A stretch of 64,000 nt of DNA, taken from assembly GCA_051867895.1 (NCBI GenBank), contig JBJDZH010000011.1:7926-71925 (forward strand), given 5' to 3'. Positions 17,178 through 26,905 of this stretch are shown one piece after another. This stretch comes from Eubacteriales bacterium. GTDB taxonomy: Bacteria; Bacillota; Clostridia; Oscillospirales; CAG-272. Made by a program: the position numbers and the translations under genes. Position 1 is the stretch's first letter. Every line of letters begins with the position of its first letter. The notes beneath the pieces are model-generated. The model made no database searches. It saw only the letters and a program-made list of their open reading frames with translations, and was not told the origin of the DNA.

Positions 17178-18272
17178 TCACTCCCGTGTGAGAATGTCCG
17201 CGATCCGCGCGCAGGCGTGTCCGTCGCCGTACGGATTGGAGGCATGGCTCATGGCGTCGTAGGCTGCGGAATCCTCCAGAAGCAGCCGGAAATTCTCGTA
17301 GATCACCGCTTCGTCCGTCCCGACGAGCTTCAGCGTCCCGGCGGCAATACCCTCCGGACGCTCCGTCGTGTCGCGCATGACAAGCACCGGCTTGCCGAGA
17401 GAGGGCGCCTCCTCCTGAATGCCGCCGCTGTCCGTCAGCACCAGATAGCTGCGCGCGAGGAAATTGTGGAAATCCAGCACCTCCAGCGGCTCGATCAGAC
17501 GGATGCGCGCGCAGCCGCCCAGTTCCTCAGCCGCCGCCTCGCGCACGGCAGGATTCATATGGATGGGATAGATTGCTTTTACGTCCGGGTGTTCGTCTAC
17601 GATGCGGCGGATCGCGCGGAACATGTGATGCATCGGCTCGCCGAGATTCTCGCGCCGGTGCGCCGTGATGAGGATCAGGCGGCTGTCCGCCGCCCAGTCC
17701 AGCTGCGCATGCGTGTAGCCTTCGCGCACCGTGGTGCGCAGCGCGTCGATAGCGGTGTTGCCCGTTACGTGGATCGATGCAGGATCGCGCCCCTCGCGCA
17801 GCAGATTCTCCCGCGCGGTCTCCGTCGGGGCGAAGTTGTAGCGCGCGGCGATGCTGACCGCCTGCCGGTTGAATTCCTCCGGATACGGCGACGCGAGATT
17901 GTACGTGCGCAGTCCTGCCTCCACGTGCCCGACGGGGATCTGCATATAAAAGCAGGAAAGCGCGGCGGCAAAGGTCGTCGTCGTGTCGCCGTGTACGAGC
18001 ACGACGTCCGGGCGTTCCGCTTCCAGCACCGGGCGGAGCTTCTCCAGAATCGCGCAGGTCACGTCGAACAGCGTCTGCTTTTCCTTCATGATGGCGAGAT
18101 CGTAGTCCGGCACGACGCCGAACGCCCCGAGCACCTGATCGAGCATCTGCCGGTGCTGCCCAGTCACGCATACGACCGTTTGCAGCTGCGGGCGGGATTT
18201 CAGCTCGCATACGAGCGGGCACATCTTGATCGCCTCGGGACGCGTCCCGAAGACAAGCATTACTTTCTTCAT
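17178..18272 (-). CDS. wecB: UDP-N-acetylglucosamine 2-epimerase (non-hydrolysing)
   Basis: FGTRPEAIKM, VTGQH, VHGDTTT, HVEAGLRT, PYPEE.NR, HRREN, TDSGGIQEEAP and NPYGDG. Confidence 0.95.
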   Translation of the reverse strand: MKKVMLVFGTRPEAIKMCPLVCELKSRPQLQTVVCVTGQHRQMLDQVLGAFGVVPDYDLAIMKEKQTLFDVTCAILEKLRPVLEAERPDVVLVHGDTTTTFAAALSCFYMQIPVGHVEAGLRTYNLASPYPEEFNRQAVSIAARYNFAPTETARENLLREGRDPASIHVTGNTAIDALRTTVREGYTHAQLDWAADSRLILITAHRRENLGEPMHHMFRAIRRIVDEHPDVKAIYPIHMNPAVREAAAEELGGCARIRLIEPLEVLDFHNFLARSYLVLTDSGGIQEEAPSLGKPVLVMRDTTERPEGIAAGTLKLVGTDEAVIYENFRLLLEDSAAYDAMSHASNPYGDGHACARIADILTRE

Positions 18273-18349
18273 AGAATCCCCCATGGGAGAGGCAGGCGGG
18301 GATGGAAATAAGCCCATTCCGTGCCGCTCCGTTCAAACTTACATATATA

Positions 18350-18811
18350 TTATTGCTCCTGACCGAGCGAGCGGAGATATTCCTCCAGAATATCGGCGGC
18401 GTCGCCGACAAAGCGCACGCACGGGCGCACCCGGTAATATTCCGCCGTCCGCGCGTCGGGAACCGGACGCGTGTCCGTTTTCAGCCCCGCGAGCAGCTCC
18501 CGGCAGACAATCGTGCCGTTTTTCTCCCGGAACTGCGCCGCCAGCCGCTGCACCAGTGCATATTGCTCCGCCTTTTTCTGCGGATCGGGCGTGTCGGAGC
18601 CGGAGAGCAGCCCCGCCGCCATAAACATGGCGCTGCATGTGCCGCATACCTCGCGCATCCGCCCCATGCCCGCGCCGAACGACGACGCGAGACGCATCGC
18701 GGTGGAAAAATCCAGCCCGATCACATCGGCAAACGCGCCGAGCACCGCCTGCGCGCAGCCGTACCCCTGCATAAACAGCTCCTGCGCGCGTTCGCGCCGG
18801 GATGTCTCCAT
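18350..18811 (-). CDS. C-GCAxxG-C-C family putative redox protein
   Basis: GYGCAQAV, EVCGTCSAM, CRELL and RPC motifs. Confidence 0.85.
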   Translation of the reverse strand: METSRRERAQELFMQGYGCAQAVLGAFADVIGLDFSTAMRLASSFGAGMGRMREVCGTCSAMFMAAGLLSGSDTPDPQKKAEQYALVQRLAAQFREKNGTIVCRELLAGLKTDTRPVPDARTAEYYRVRPCVRFVGDAADILEEYLRSLGQEQ

Positions 18812-18875
18812 ACCGAATCCTCCGTTTTCGTCAACTGCATAACAAAAATCCTGCGGCGATGCCGCCGCGTGATAC

Positions 18876-18904
18876 AGTATAGCATGAATTTCGGCGGCTG
18901 TCAA
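18876..18904 (-). promoter_or_regulatory. Sigma-A promoter of the C-GCAxxG-C-C / wecB / MFS operon
   Basis: TTGACA-17-TATACT with TG extension on the minus strand. Confidence 0.8.
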
Positions 18905-18920
18905 CTATTGCCTTTCCGGA

Positions 18921-18957
18921 GGAGTGCAATATTAAATCCACTTTAATATTGCACTCC
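18921..18957. repeat. Perfect 16-bp inverted repeat between divergent promoters
   Basis: GGAGTGCAATATTAAA-tccac-TTTAATATTGCACTCC. Confidence 0.9.
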
Positions 18958-18979
18958 GGTTACAAACCGGCAAAATCTC

Positions 18980-19008
18980 TTGCAAAAAAAACCTGCATAG
19001 GATATGAT
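18980..19008 (+). promoter_or_regulatory. Sigma-A promoter of the S-layer gene
   Basis: TTGCAA-17-TATGAT, followed by a small 5' hairpin CAGGG-GAAA-CCCTG. Confidence 0.65.
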
Positions 19009-19061
19009 ATACACGCAGGGGAAACCCTGTAATAAAAATTCTTCAAGGAGCACAGAAAAAG

Positions 19062-22000
19062 ATGAAAAAGATTCTTTCTCTGGTCCTCGCCATGCTGATG
19101 GTGGTGAGCGTTCTCCCTGCAGTTTTCGCTGCGGATGACGTCGCTACTACGGCTGCCGAGGAGGTCTCTCCTTACCAGGCAGCGGTTGACTTCCTGGGAC
19201 TGGAGCAGATCTGGATCTACCACGGCACCGCATCCGGTGCTGCTGTCAACGAGAAGGTTACCCGTTGGCAGATGGCTCTGTTTGTTGCTCGCTTCATCAC
19301 CGGTGAGACCGATGATAAGTATTGGGCAACGGCTGAGAACGATTCCGGCTTCACCGATGTTGCTGAGTTTGAAGGCAAGTCCGAGGCTTCCCTCGGTGCT
19401 ATCTCCTTCGCTTCTCAGAAGGGCATCGTGAACGGTATCGGCGGCGGTCTCTTTGATCCCGAAGGCGGTATCGAGTACCGTCAGGCGATCACGATGATCG
19501 TTCGTGCGCTCGGCTACAACTACAAGGCTTCCGGCTATCCGTGGAGCTACATCAACAAGGCTCGTGAGCTCGGTCTCCTTGCCGGCATCTCTGGTGTTGG
19601 CTATGAGGACACCATCTCCCGCGGTGTTGTTGCTCAGCTGCTCTACAATGCGTTCTTCGCAGATGTGGACGGCAAGACGGTTGCTGAGAGCGTGTTCGGC
19701 GTTGGTTCCGCTGTGGTTCTGATCACCGCGTCCAACAATGTTGTCTATGAAGGCAACGCTGCCACGGTTCTCCGCGACAACTATGTTCAGTTCGCTGCTC
19801 TTGACGCTCAGGGCGAGCCCACCGGTGCGAAGTACCATGTTTCCATGGACAAGTTCGGTCTTGCTGACAAGAAGGCTGCTAACGCGGCTGTCGGCACCTC
19901 CTACTTCGTATACTACAAGGACGGCTGCGCTGACATCATCTACGCTGAGCCGCTGTCCCAGATCTACTGGAACCTCGGCAACGACAAGCAGGAAGTTACT
20001 GCTTCCTCCGCTGGCGGCAGAAACTATGTCACCATCGACGGCAACAAGTATCAGGTTGTTTCTCAGTACACCGATCTGAACAAGCAGCAGGGTTGGAACC
20101 AGGATTCCGCCGGCACCGATCAGGTTAAGGCTTACCTGCCTTACGGCGCTACCACCTATTCCTACAACTCTGAGTACATCATCGCTTCCAACGGCGATAT
20201 CTACCACATCTCCGATCCGACCACTCCGTACGCTTACTACAGCGCAGTGACGGATATGTACTACAAGCAGGACAACGGTCAGTGGAAGATCTTCTCCGAC
20301 GCTGAGATCGCTGACCTGCTGACCAAGGCTACTGAGGCTACCAAGGGCTTCAAGCAGGTGACCTCTGCCGGCGTTTCTGCTTACTCGCAGGTTATCGCCA
20401 GCGACAGCAGCATGGACGGTTACATCGACCGTATCACCGTTAAGGATTATGGCTTCGGTCAGATCTCCTTCGGTAAGCACAAGAACAAGGACAACAAGGA
20501 TCAGGATGACTTCACCGTTAAGTACTCCTCCAACTACCAGAACACTCTTGACAAGGCTACTGCCCAGATCAAGAACGGCTATAACGGCGCGATGGGCAAT
20601 CCGTTCGTCACCGAGTATAGATGGACTGGTATCCAGAAGGCTGACATCCCGAACGGCTCCTACATCCTCTACTACATCGACGAGATCAACCGCGAGATCG
20701 ATGTTCTTGAGGTTATCGGCGCTAAGTCCGGCGACGATGATGATTCCTATGTGATGAGCGCATATGTCCGCGGCTTCGACGTTGCTAACAACGCAATCTA
20801 TGTCGGCACCGAGAACACCCAGCTCACCATCGGCTACAACGCACTCTCCAAGTCCCCGATCAAGAACAAGGATCAGGGCGGCTCCGGCAAGAACCTCGCA
20901 AACAACTACAACATCCTCAAGGATAAGTACAACACCTATCAGACCTTCGTTATCGTTGACGGCGTTGTCGTCTACATCACGGCTGGTTCTGAGTCCACCG
21001 ACTATGTGATCATCGATTCCTTCGTTTCCTTCGAGGACGACGGCATCGTTGCCAACGCATGGAACACGGTGAACGACACCTACGAGCAGATCAAGATCTC
21101 CGCTTTCAATGGCTGGACCATCGGCGGTCTTGACTACTACCTCTACTACCTCAGCGGCCTGTTCCAGGGCACGCAGATGAATCCTGCTTACCAGCAGATC
21201 ATCCCTGTTCAGACCTACACCCTCTACCGCGTTGTTTACCAGAAGGACGGCGTGTACAACCTGACCGACGCTACTCCGCGTGCGCAGGGCGTTGACGTTT
21301 CTGTCAACAAGTACGGCTACATCCTCGGTGTGGACGGCAAGAACAACTTCGCTGCTGCGAACTATGTTGCTACCAGCACCACCGACTACTGGATGATCCT
21401 TGACACGACCGGTGCTCAGCCTGTTGTCTACACGGCATCCGGCAAGCTCAACCCGATCAACCTCACGGCTCTCAACGCCTACAAGGGCACCGCTACGGAC
21501 TATGTCTTCGCGGCTACGGCTAACACCACCGGTCTTGACGACCTCGACTCTCTGACCAACAGCGTCTCGTTCATGATCTACAACAAGGACGTCTACAAGT
21601 ACATGAACGACTACTACCTCACGCAGACCAACCCGTTCCAGTATGGTCTCTTCATGACCAATGCTTACACGGGCAAGGTTGAGTTCGTCTCCATCGATGC
21701 GAAGCTCATCGCCCAGTACGGCAACTTCAACGGTCTGAACTATGTGGAGAGCCTCCTCACTGAGGGCGCTATCTACAAGGTTTCCGACAACACTCTCTCC
21801 AAGCTCGACACCTATGCCCTTGCTGATGTGGCGAACTACTATGAGAAGACCGCTGACTATGTCGAGATTACGGACGGTACCGATGTGATCGCGCTCGCGG
21901 CCGGCACTGCTCACACCTATGCTGAGATCAGAACTGCTGTTGCGAACGTCATCCTCGAACAGATCAACCCGGCATGGAAGAACACTGCAACCTGGGTCCA

Positions 22001-22580
22001 GATCCAGAACCGTATTGCTGAGCTCGCGAAGGGCGTTACCGTCTATGCTCAGAACGCTGCTAAACTGCTCGTAAGCTCTGAGGCAGACATCAACGAGGTT
22101 CTCGCTGACACCGCTTACAACTATCAGGTCAACCTGATCGTCAACAAGAACGGCACCGCTATCGCTTGGGTTACCAAGACCACCGCTGGTACTTCTACCG
22201 GTGCTCTTACCCAGACCCTTGCTGTAACCGGTGAAGGCGCTTCCTTTGCTACGAAGGATACCGCTACGGCTCTTGTGGGCTATGATCTCACAATCGCTTA
22301 CACCTATGACATGGTTTCCAAGACTCTCACGCTCAATGTGACTGTTCCTGAAGGCTTTGCTCTTGAGGCCGGCGATGAGATCCTTGGCTGGATCGGCGGC
22401 GCAGACGTTGCAGCTACCAACATCGTTAACGGTGCTGATGTCGTTGCGGGTGGCGCTACGTATCCGAGCGTTGCTTCCTTCGATCTGGTGTTCACCGGTG
22501 TGGATTCTATCCCCACTGACCTGCACATCCAGGTTAACCGTGCAAACCTCGATGAGGTTTACTACGAGTTTGAGTTCTAA
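19062..22580 (+). CDS. S-layer protein with N-terminal SLH domains
   Basis: Sec signal ending VFA-A; SLH-like segments VTRWQMALF, SGFTDV, GIVNGIGGGLFDPEGGI and ISRGVVAQLLYNA; T/A/N/Y-rich; strong high-expression codon bias; monocistronic. Confidence 0.85.
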   Translation: MKKILSLVLAMLMVVSVLPAVFAADDVATTAAEEVSPYQAAVDFLGLEQIWIYHGTASGAAVNEKVTRWQMALFVARFITGETDDKYWATAENDSGFTDVAEFEGKSEASLGAISFASQKGIVNGIGGGLFDPEGGIEYRQAITMIVRALGYNYKASGYPWSYINKARELGLLAGISGVGYEDTISRGVVAQLLYNAFFADVDGKTVAESVFGVGSAVVLITASNNVVYEGNAATVLRDNYVQFAALDAQGEPTGAKYHVSMDKFGLADKKAANAAVGTSYFVYYKDGCADIIYAEPLSQIYWNLGNDKQEVTASSAGGRNYVTIDGNKYQVVSQYTDLNKQQGWNQDSAGTDQVKAYLPYGATTYSYNSEYIIASNGDIYHISDPTTPYAYYSAVTDMYYKQDNGQWKIFSDAEIADLLTKATEATKGFKQVTSAGVSAYSQVIASDSSMDGYIDRITVKDYGFGQISFGKHKNKDNKDQDDFTVKYSSNYQNTLDKATAQIKNGYNGAMGNPFVTEYRWTGIQKADIPNGSYILYYIDEINREIDVLEVIGAKSGDDDDSYVMSAYVRGFDVANNAIYVGTENTQLTIGYNALSKSPIKNKDQGGSGKNLANNYNILKDKYNTYQTFVIVDGVVVYITAGSESTDYVIIDSFVSFEDDGIVANAWNTVNDTYEQIKISAFNGWTIGGLDYYLYYLSGLFQGTQMNPAYQQIIPVQTYTLYRVVYQKDGVYNLTDATPRAQGVDVSVNKYGYILGVDGKNNFAAANYVATSTTDYWMILDTTGAQPVVYTASGKLNPINLTALNAYKGTATDYVFAATANTTGLDDLDSLTNSVSFMIYNKDVYKYMNDYYLTQTNPFQYGLFMTNAYTGKVEFVSIDAKLIAQYGNFNGLNYVESLLTEGAIYKVSDNTLSKLDTYALADVANYYEKTADYVEITDGTDVIALAAGTAHTYAEIRTAVANVILEQINPAWKNTATWVQIQNRIAELAKGVTVYAQNAAKLLVSSEADINEVLADTAYNYQVNLIVNKNGTAIAWVTKTTAGTSTGALTQTLAVTGEGASFATKDTATALVGYDLTIAYTYDMVSKTLTLNVTVPEGFALEAGDEILGWIGGADVAATNIVNGADVVAGGATYPSVASFDLVFTGVDSIPTDLHIQVNRANLDEVYYEFEF

Positions 22581-22594
22581 TTCCTAACCCCGCG

Positions 22595-22628
22595 AAAAAA
22601 GGCATCTTCGGATGCCTTTTTTCTTTTT
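22595..22628 (+). terminator. Intrinsic terminator of the S-layer gene
   Basis: AAAAAAGGCATC-TTCG-GATGCCTTTTTT. Confidence 0.9.
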
Positions 22629-22742
22629 GCTCTGCCGCAGATTCCTCAGAGGACTTTTTTCAAAAAAACGCACCTGTCCGTTCTGAGCGCGGACGCGCCG
22701 TCATATCCTTTAGTAAACGATTTGTGAAAGAGGAGTTTTCCA

Positions 22743-24311
22743 ATGGATAAAACGGACAAAACCAACCAGACGCCGCTTCTCTCCCGCGAGGAGCAGACGA
22801 TGAACGCCGCCGTGCTTCAGAGCGCCGTTTCGCACGAGGCAAGCGAGGACTTTGCGCTGCCGGACTACATGCCCGCGATCCGGCGCGTCGTTTCGGTCGA
22901 GGCGCGCGCGCTGCCGGAAACGCGCTTTCTCTCCGGCGCGGCGCTGGAATTCGGCGGGACTGTCGCGTATTCCGTCCTTTACGTCGGCGAGGGGGAGGAG
23001 CTGTTCTGCGCGCCGCTGACGAGCGAATACAGCGGCTCGGCATCCCTCGGCGAGGCGTCGGTCGCGGACGCGTCCCGCGTCGGGATCGATACGGCGTGCG
23101 AAAGCGTATCGTGTCGTGCGACGGCGCCGCGCCGCCTGACGATACGCTGCCGCATGCGCACGCGGCTCTTTTCGTTTGCGGAGCGCTCCGTTTCCGATCA
23201 TGTGCGCGAGGTATCCGGCGCGCGCCTGACTGCGTCGGATGAAGCGGCGCTCGAGCGGCGTGTTGCGAGTGCGGGGGACGCGGCTGTGTATCGCGGAGAA
23301 ATGACCGCTGCCGCCTCCGGAACGCTTCCGCTTTCCGCCGGCGCCAAGATTATCACATGTTCCGGTTCCGTGCGGGTCGATGAAGCGCGCGCCGCTGCCG
23401 ATTCCGTCGTGGTCTCAGGCGACGCCATCGTCACCGTGCTGGCACTCGGCGCGGACGGGAAATTCTTTACCACCTCGGCGAAAGCGCCGTTCAGCGAAAC
23501 GGTCAGCGTGCCGGGCGCCCGTGAGGGGAACGCCGCGCGGGGTTGGGGACGCGCCGCCGCTGTCAGCGTTCAGGCGACGGAGGACGGCAGCGTGCCGTGG
23601 GAGCTGGAATACGATCTGGAAGCGGAGAGTGTGCGCCGCATGACAAAGACCTACACGGCGGACGCGTACTCGAGCGCATGCGGCTGCGAGACGGAGGAGA
23701 CAGATACGGACAGCCTGACACTGCTCCGCTGCGGCGTCGGCGCAGTCAGCGTCAGCGGCGAAAGCGGAAGGCAGAGCAAGGCGGAGCCGGGCGAGTATAT
23801 TCTGGACGCCGCGGCGTCGGCAGCGCCGGATCACGTCGAGCGTCAGGGAAAGCGGCTGATCCTGCACGGCATCTGCGCGGTGTCGGTGCGGCTCGCGGGC
23901 GGCGGGGAGGTTGCGTGCGAGGAATTCACACTGCCGTTCCGCTATGAGGTGAATGCGGACGCACCGCAGCTGCCCGGCGACGACGCGGAGCTGCTGTGGC
24001 GCTGTCAGGCGGAGGTCTGCGCCGCGTCCGCGCGCATCGACGGCGACAAGATCGGCGTGAATCTGGAGCTTTGCGTCAGCATGTGCGTGCTTGCCCGTGA
24101 GCGCATCCGTTTCGTCAGCGTCATTGCGCTGGATCGAACGGCGTCCTCGCCCGTGTCGGAATGCACCGTGCGCATCGTCTATCCGGACGCAGGCGAGCTG
24201 CTCTGGGATATCGGAAAGAGATATCGCATTCCTCAGCGCCGCCTGCGGGAGGCAAACGCGTTGGCGGAGGATGCCGCGCTCAGCGACGGCAGCCCGCTTC
24301 TGATCGGCTGA
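22743..24311 (+). CDS. SPOCS (DUF3794) plus C-terminal LysM spore-coat morphogenetic protein (SipL-like)
   Basis: DFALPDYMPAIRRVV N-terminal motif and C-terminal LysM GELLWDIGKRY...N.L. An upstream CATATCCT (22702-22709) resembles a mother-cell sigma -10 element. Confidence 0.75.
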   Translation: MDKTDKTNQTPLLSREEQTMNAAVLQSAVSHEASEDFALPDYMPAIRRVVSVEARALPETRFLSGAALEFGGTVAYSVLYVGEGEELFCAPLTSEYSGSASLGEASVADASRVGIDTACESVSCRATAPRRLTIRCRMRTRLFSFAERSVSDHVREVSGARLTASDEAALERRVASAGDAAVYRGEMTAAASGTLPLSAGAKIITCSGSVRVDEARAAADSVVVSGDAIVTVLALGADGKFFTTSAKAPFSETVSVPGAREGNAARGWGRAAAVSVQATEDGSVPWELEYDLEAESVRRMTKTYTADAYSSACGCETEETDTDSLTLLRCGVGAVSVSGESGRQSKAEPGEYILDAAASAAPDHVERQGKRLILHGICAVSVRLAGGGEVACEEFTLPFRYEVNADAPQLPGDDAELLWRCQAEVCAASARIDGDKIGVNLELCVSMCVLARERIRFVSVIALDRTASSPVSECTVRIVYPDAGELLWDIGKRYRIPQRRLREANALAEDAALSDGSPLLIG

Positions 24312-24358
24312 CCGGCGCGGGACCGCGCCGGATGCCGGAAGCGTGTGCGGGGGAAATC

Positions 24359-24396
24359 AAAAAGGGATGCACCGGAATGGTGCATCCCTTTCGTTT
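24359..24396. terminator. Bidirectional terminator
   Basis: AAAAAGGGATGCACC-GGAAT-GGTGCATCCCTTT. Confidence 0.8.
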
Positions 24397-24449
24397 GTGT
24401 GTGGTCTGTCATGCAGTATGGGTCTTTACGCGGCAGACCGCGTGCAGGC

Positions 24450-25412
24450 TTATCTGCCGAGAGCAGCGGCGCCGATGATGCCGGCGTCGTTGCCGAGGCT
24501 GGCGATCATGATCTTCGTTTTCGGCTCGCGGTCCTTCGTGTAGACTTCCTTGAAGACACGCTCATTCAGCGGCTTGAGCAGATAGTCGCCCTCGTGGCAG
24601 ATGCCGCCGCCGATGGACAGAACGTCCGGCTGGAAGATGTTGATGATGTTCGCAATGCCGCAGGCGAGATAATCGATATATTCGTCGACGACCTCCGCGC
24701 CTGCCGCGTCGCCCTGTCTGGCGGCGGCGAACGCCGTCTTGCCGGAAATGCGGTCGAGATCGCCGCCGATCATCTTTTCCATGACCGTGGCACGACCTGC
24801 CTTGCGGCATTCGTTCAGCTTGTCGCGCGTCATGTTGATGAGTCCCGTCGCCGAGGAATACGCTTCCCAGCAGCCGCGGCGTCCGCAGGAGCACGGACGG
24901 CCGTCCTTCTCGATGACGATATGTCCCAACTCTGCGCCCGCGAAGTTGAAGCCGGCGTAGACCTGTCCGTTCAGTACGATGCCGCCGCCGACGCCGGTTC
25001 CGAGCGTAATCATCACGGAATACTTTGCGTCCTTGGCAACGCCCGCCATGGCTTCCGCTTTGGCGGCGGCGTTGGCGTCGTTTTCAATATAGACTTTCGT
25101 CCCGTCAAGCATGCCGCTCAGCTTCTCGCACATCGGATACATGAAGAAAGGAAGATTGTTCGCATATTCAATGATGCCTGTCTCGCCGTTTGCGGTGCCG
25201 GGCGTCGCCATGCCGGCGAATGCGATGTCCGCCATGGTGAGCTTCGCATCAGCGACGAGCTTCCTGCACAGTCCGGCGATGTCCGCCGTGATCTCGTCCG
25301 CAGGACGCTTTGCGTTGGTGGGGATGCTGTCCTTTGCAATAATCTTATAATCGGAGTCCACGATTCCGGCGGCGATGTTCGTGCCGCCGAGGTCAATGCC
25401 GATCGTATACAT
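24450..25412 (-). CDS. ROK-family glucokinase
   Basis: IGIDLGGT, ENDANAAA, TLGTGVGGG, ELGH, CSCGRRGCWE and GNDAGIIGAA; no N-terminal HTH. Confidence 0.9.
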   Translation of the reverse strand: MYTIGIDLGGTNIAAGIVDSDYKIIAKDSIPTNAKRPADEITADIAGLCRKLVADAKLTMADIAFAGMATPGTANGETGIIEYANNLPFFMYPMCEKLSGMLDGTKVYIENDANAAAKAEAMAGVAKDAKYSVMITLGTGVGGGIVLNGQVYAGFNFAGAELGHIVIEKDGRPCSCGRRGCWEAYSSATGLINMTRDKLNECRKAGRATVMEKMIGGDLDRISGKTAFAAARQGDAAGAEVVDEYIDYLACGIANIINIFQPDVLSIGGGICHEGDYLLKPLNERVFKEVYTKDREPKTKIMIASLGNDAGIIGAAALGR

Positions 25413-25464
25413 AGTTCGTTGTACCATCCTTATGAATTTATCGTGCTTATCGTGCGCTATCACC

Positions 25465-25493
25465 ATTATAGTGGATTCAGGTGGAAAAGTCAA
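25465..25493 (-). promoter_or_regulatory. Sigma-A promoter of the ROK kinase gene
   Basis: TTGACT-17-TATAAT on the minus strand. Confidence 0.75.
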
Positions 25494-25593
25494 CGGAGAA
25501 GCGCGTCTTTGTGTAAAAAATGCCGCGCAGCGTCAGAGGACGCGAATTCACAAAAAATTAACTTCCGTACCGCTTCCGGACAGAGGGCGGGTG

Positions 25594-25622
25594 TTGAAAA
25601 ACTGACTGCTTTGGTATACAAT
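25594..25622 (+). promoter_or_regulatory. Sigma-A promoter of iscS-iscU
   Basis: TTGAAA-17-TACAAT. Confidence 0.55.
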
Positions 25623-25698
25623 ATTGTAGGCAGGAAAAAACACACCATATTGATATATAATCTCTGCAATTACCAAAGGGAAGGAAAACAAAAATTCT

Positions 25699-26871
25699 AT
25701 GACGAATGAAGCAAAACGGTTTGTGTATGCCGACAACGCGGCGACCACGCCGGTCGCTCCCGAGGTCGTCCGGGAAATGCAGCCGTATTTTGAGCAGTGC
25801 TGGGGCAATCCATCCAGCATATATAAAAAGGGACTGGAGGCGAAGCACGCCATTACCGACGCGCGGAAGCGGATCGCCGCGCATCTCGGCTGCACCGAAA
25901 AGGAACTGTTCTTCACCTCCTGCGGTTCTGAGTCCGATAACTGGGCGATCAAGGGCGCTGTGATGGCGAGCGGCAAAAAGCATGTCATCACCACGAAAAT
26001 CGAGCATCCCGCTGTGCTGCGCACGGTCGATATGCTGGAGAAATACGGCTGCCGCGTGACGCGCCTGGACGTGGATTCCTACGGTGTCGTCCGGCTGGAT
26101 CAGCTGGAGAGTGCGCTGGACGGCGATACCGCCGTCGTCGCGATCATGACCGCCAACAACGAGATCGGCACCTTGCAGCCGATCGCGGAAGCTGCCCGCC
26201 TCGCGCATAAGGCAGGCGCCTTGATGTTTACCGACGCCGTGCAGGCGATGGGAGCGATCCCACTGCAGGTGGACGAGCTGGGCGTTGATCTCCTCTCCTT
26301 CTCGGGGCATAAGATCAATGCGCCGAAGGGAATCGGCGGTCTGTATATCCGCCGCGGCGTCCGTATCGGTCGTTTTCTTGACGGCGGCGGACAGGAAAGC
26401 GGCAGACGCGGGGGGACGGAGAACGTTCCGTATATCATGGGACTTGCCCGCGCGGTTGATCTGGCGCACGAACGCATGGCGGACAATGAGCGCATCCGCG
26501 CGATGCGCGACCGTCTGATCGCAGAGCTGACGAAGATCCCGTACTCCCACCTGAATGGGCATCCGACGAACCGTCTGCCCGGCAATGTGAACATTACATT
26601 CCAGTATATCGAGGGCGAAAGCATGCTCCTGCTGCTCGATATGGCGGGAATATGCGTTTCCACCGGCTCTGCATGCTCCTCTGCTTCTCTGGAGCCGTCT
26701 CATGTGCTGGTTGCGTGCGGCGTTCCCGTAGAGGATGCGCATGGCTCCCTCCGCATTTCGCTCGGTCATATGAACACAGACGAGGACGTGGATTATATTT
26801 TGGAAACGCTGCCCGGCGTGGTGCAGCGCCTGCGCAGTATGAGCCCGATCTATCCCGGAAATTTGAAATAA
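25699..26871 (+). CDS. iscS: Cysteine desulfurase (NifS/IscS, group I)
   Basis: YADNAATT, GNPSS, EHPAV, NNEIG, PLP lysine in SGHK, and catalytic STGSACSS. Confidence 0.95.
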   Translation: MTNEAKRFVYADNAATTPVAPEVVREMQPYFEQCWGNPSSIYKKGLEAKHAITDARKRIAAHLGCTEKELFFTSCGSESDNWAIKGAVMASGKKHVITTKIEHPAVLRTVDMLEKYGCRVTRLDVDSYGVVRLDQLESALDGDTAVVAIMTANNEIGTLQPIAEAARLAHKAGALMFTDAVQAMGAIPLQVDELGVDLLSFSGHKINAPKGIGGLYIRRGVRIGRFLDGGGQESGRRGGTENVPYIMGLARAVDLAHERMADNERIRAMRDRLIAELTKIPYSHLNGHPTNRLPGNVNITFQYIEGESMLLLLDMAGICVSTGSACSSASLEPSHVLVACGVPVEDAHGSLRISLGHMNTDEDVDYILETLPGVVQRLRSMSPIYPGNLK

Positions 26872-26905
26872 GAAAGGAACGTCCTACCCGGACGAATCGT
26901 ATATT

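Noticed and set aside
15669-18311. 880-aa plus-strand ORF, and the similar 840-aa ORF at 40855-43377 opposite alaS
   Set aside because: Antisense to well-supported MFS/wecB and alaS genes, with R/A/G-rich GC-shadow composition.
18960-22526. 1188-aa antisense ORF opposite the S-layer gene
   Set aside because: A shadow of strong codon bias: the sense gene avoids TTA, CTA and TCA. It has no RBS or domain motifs.
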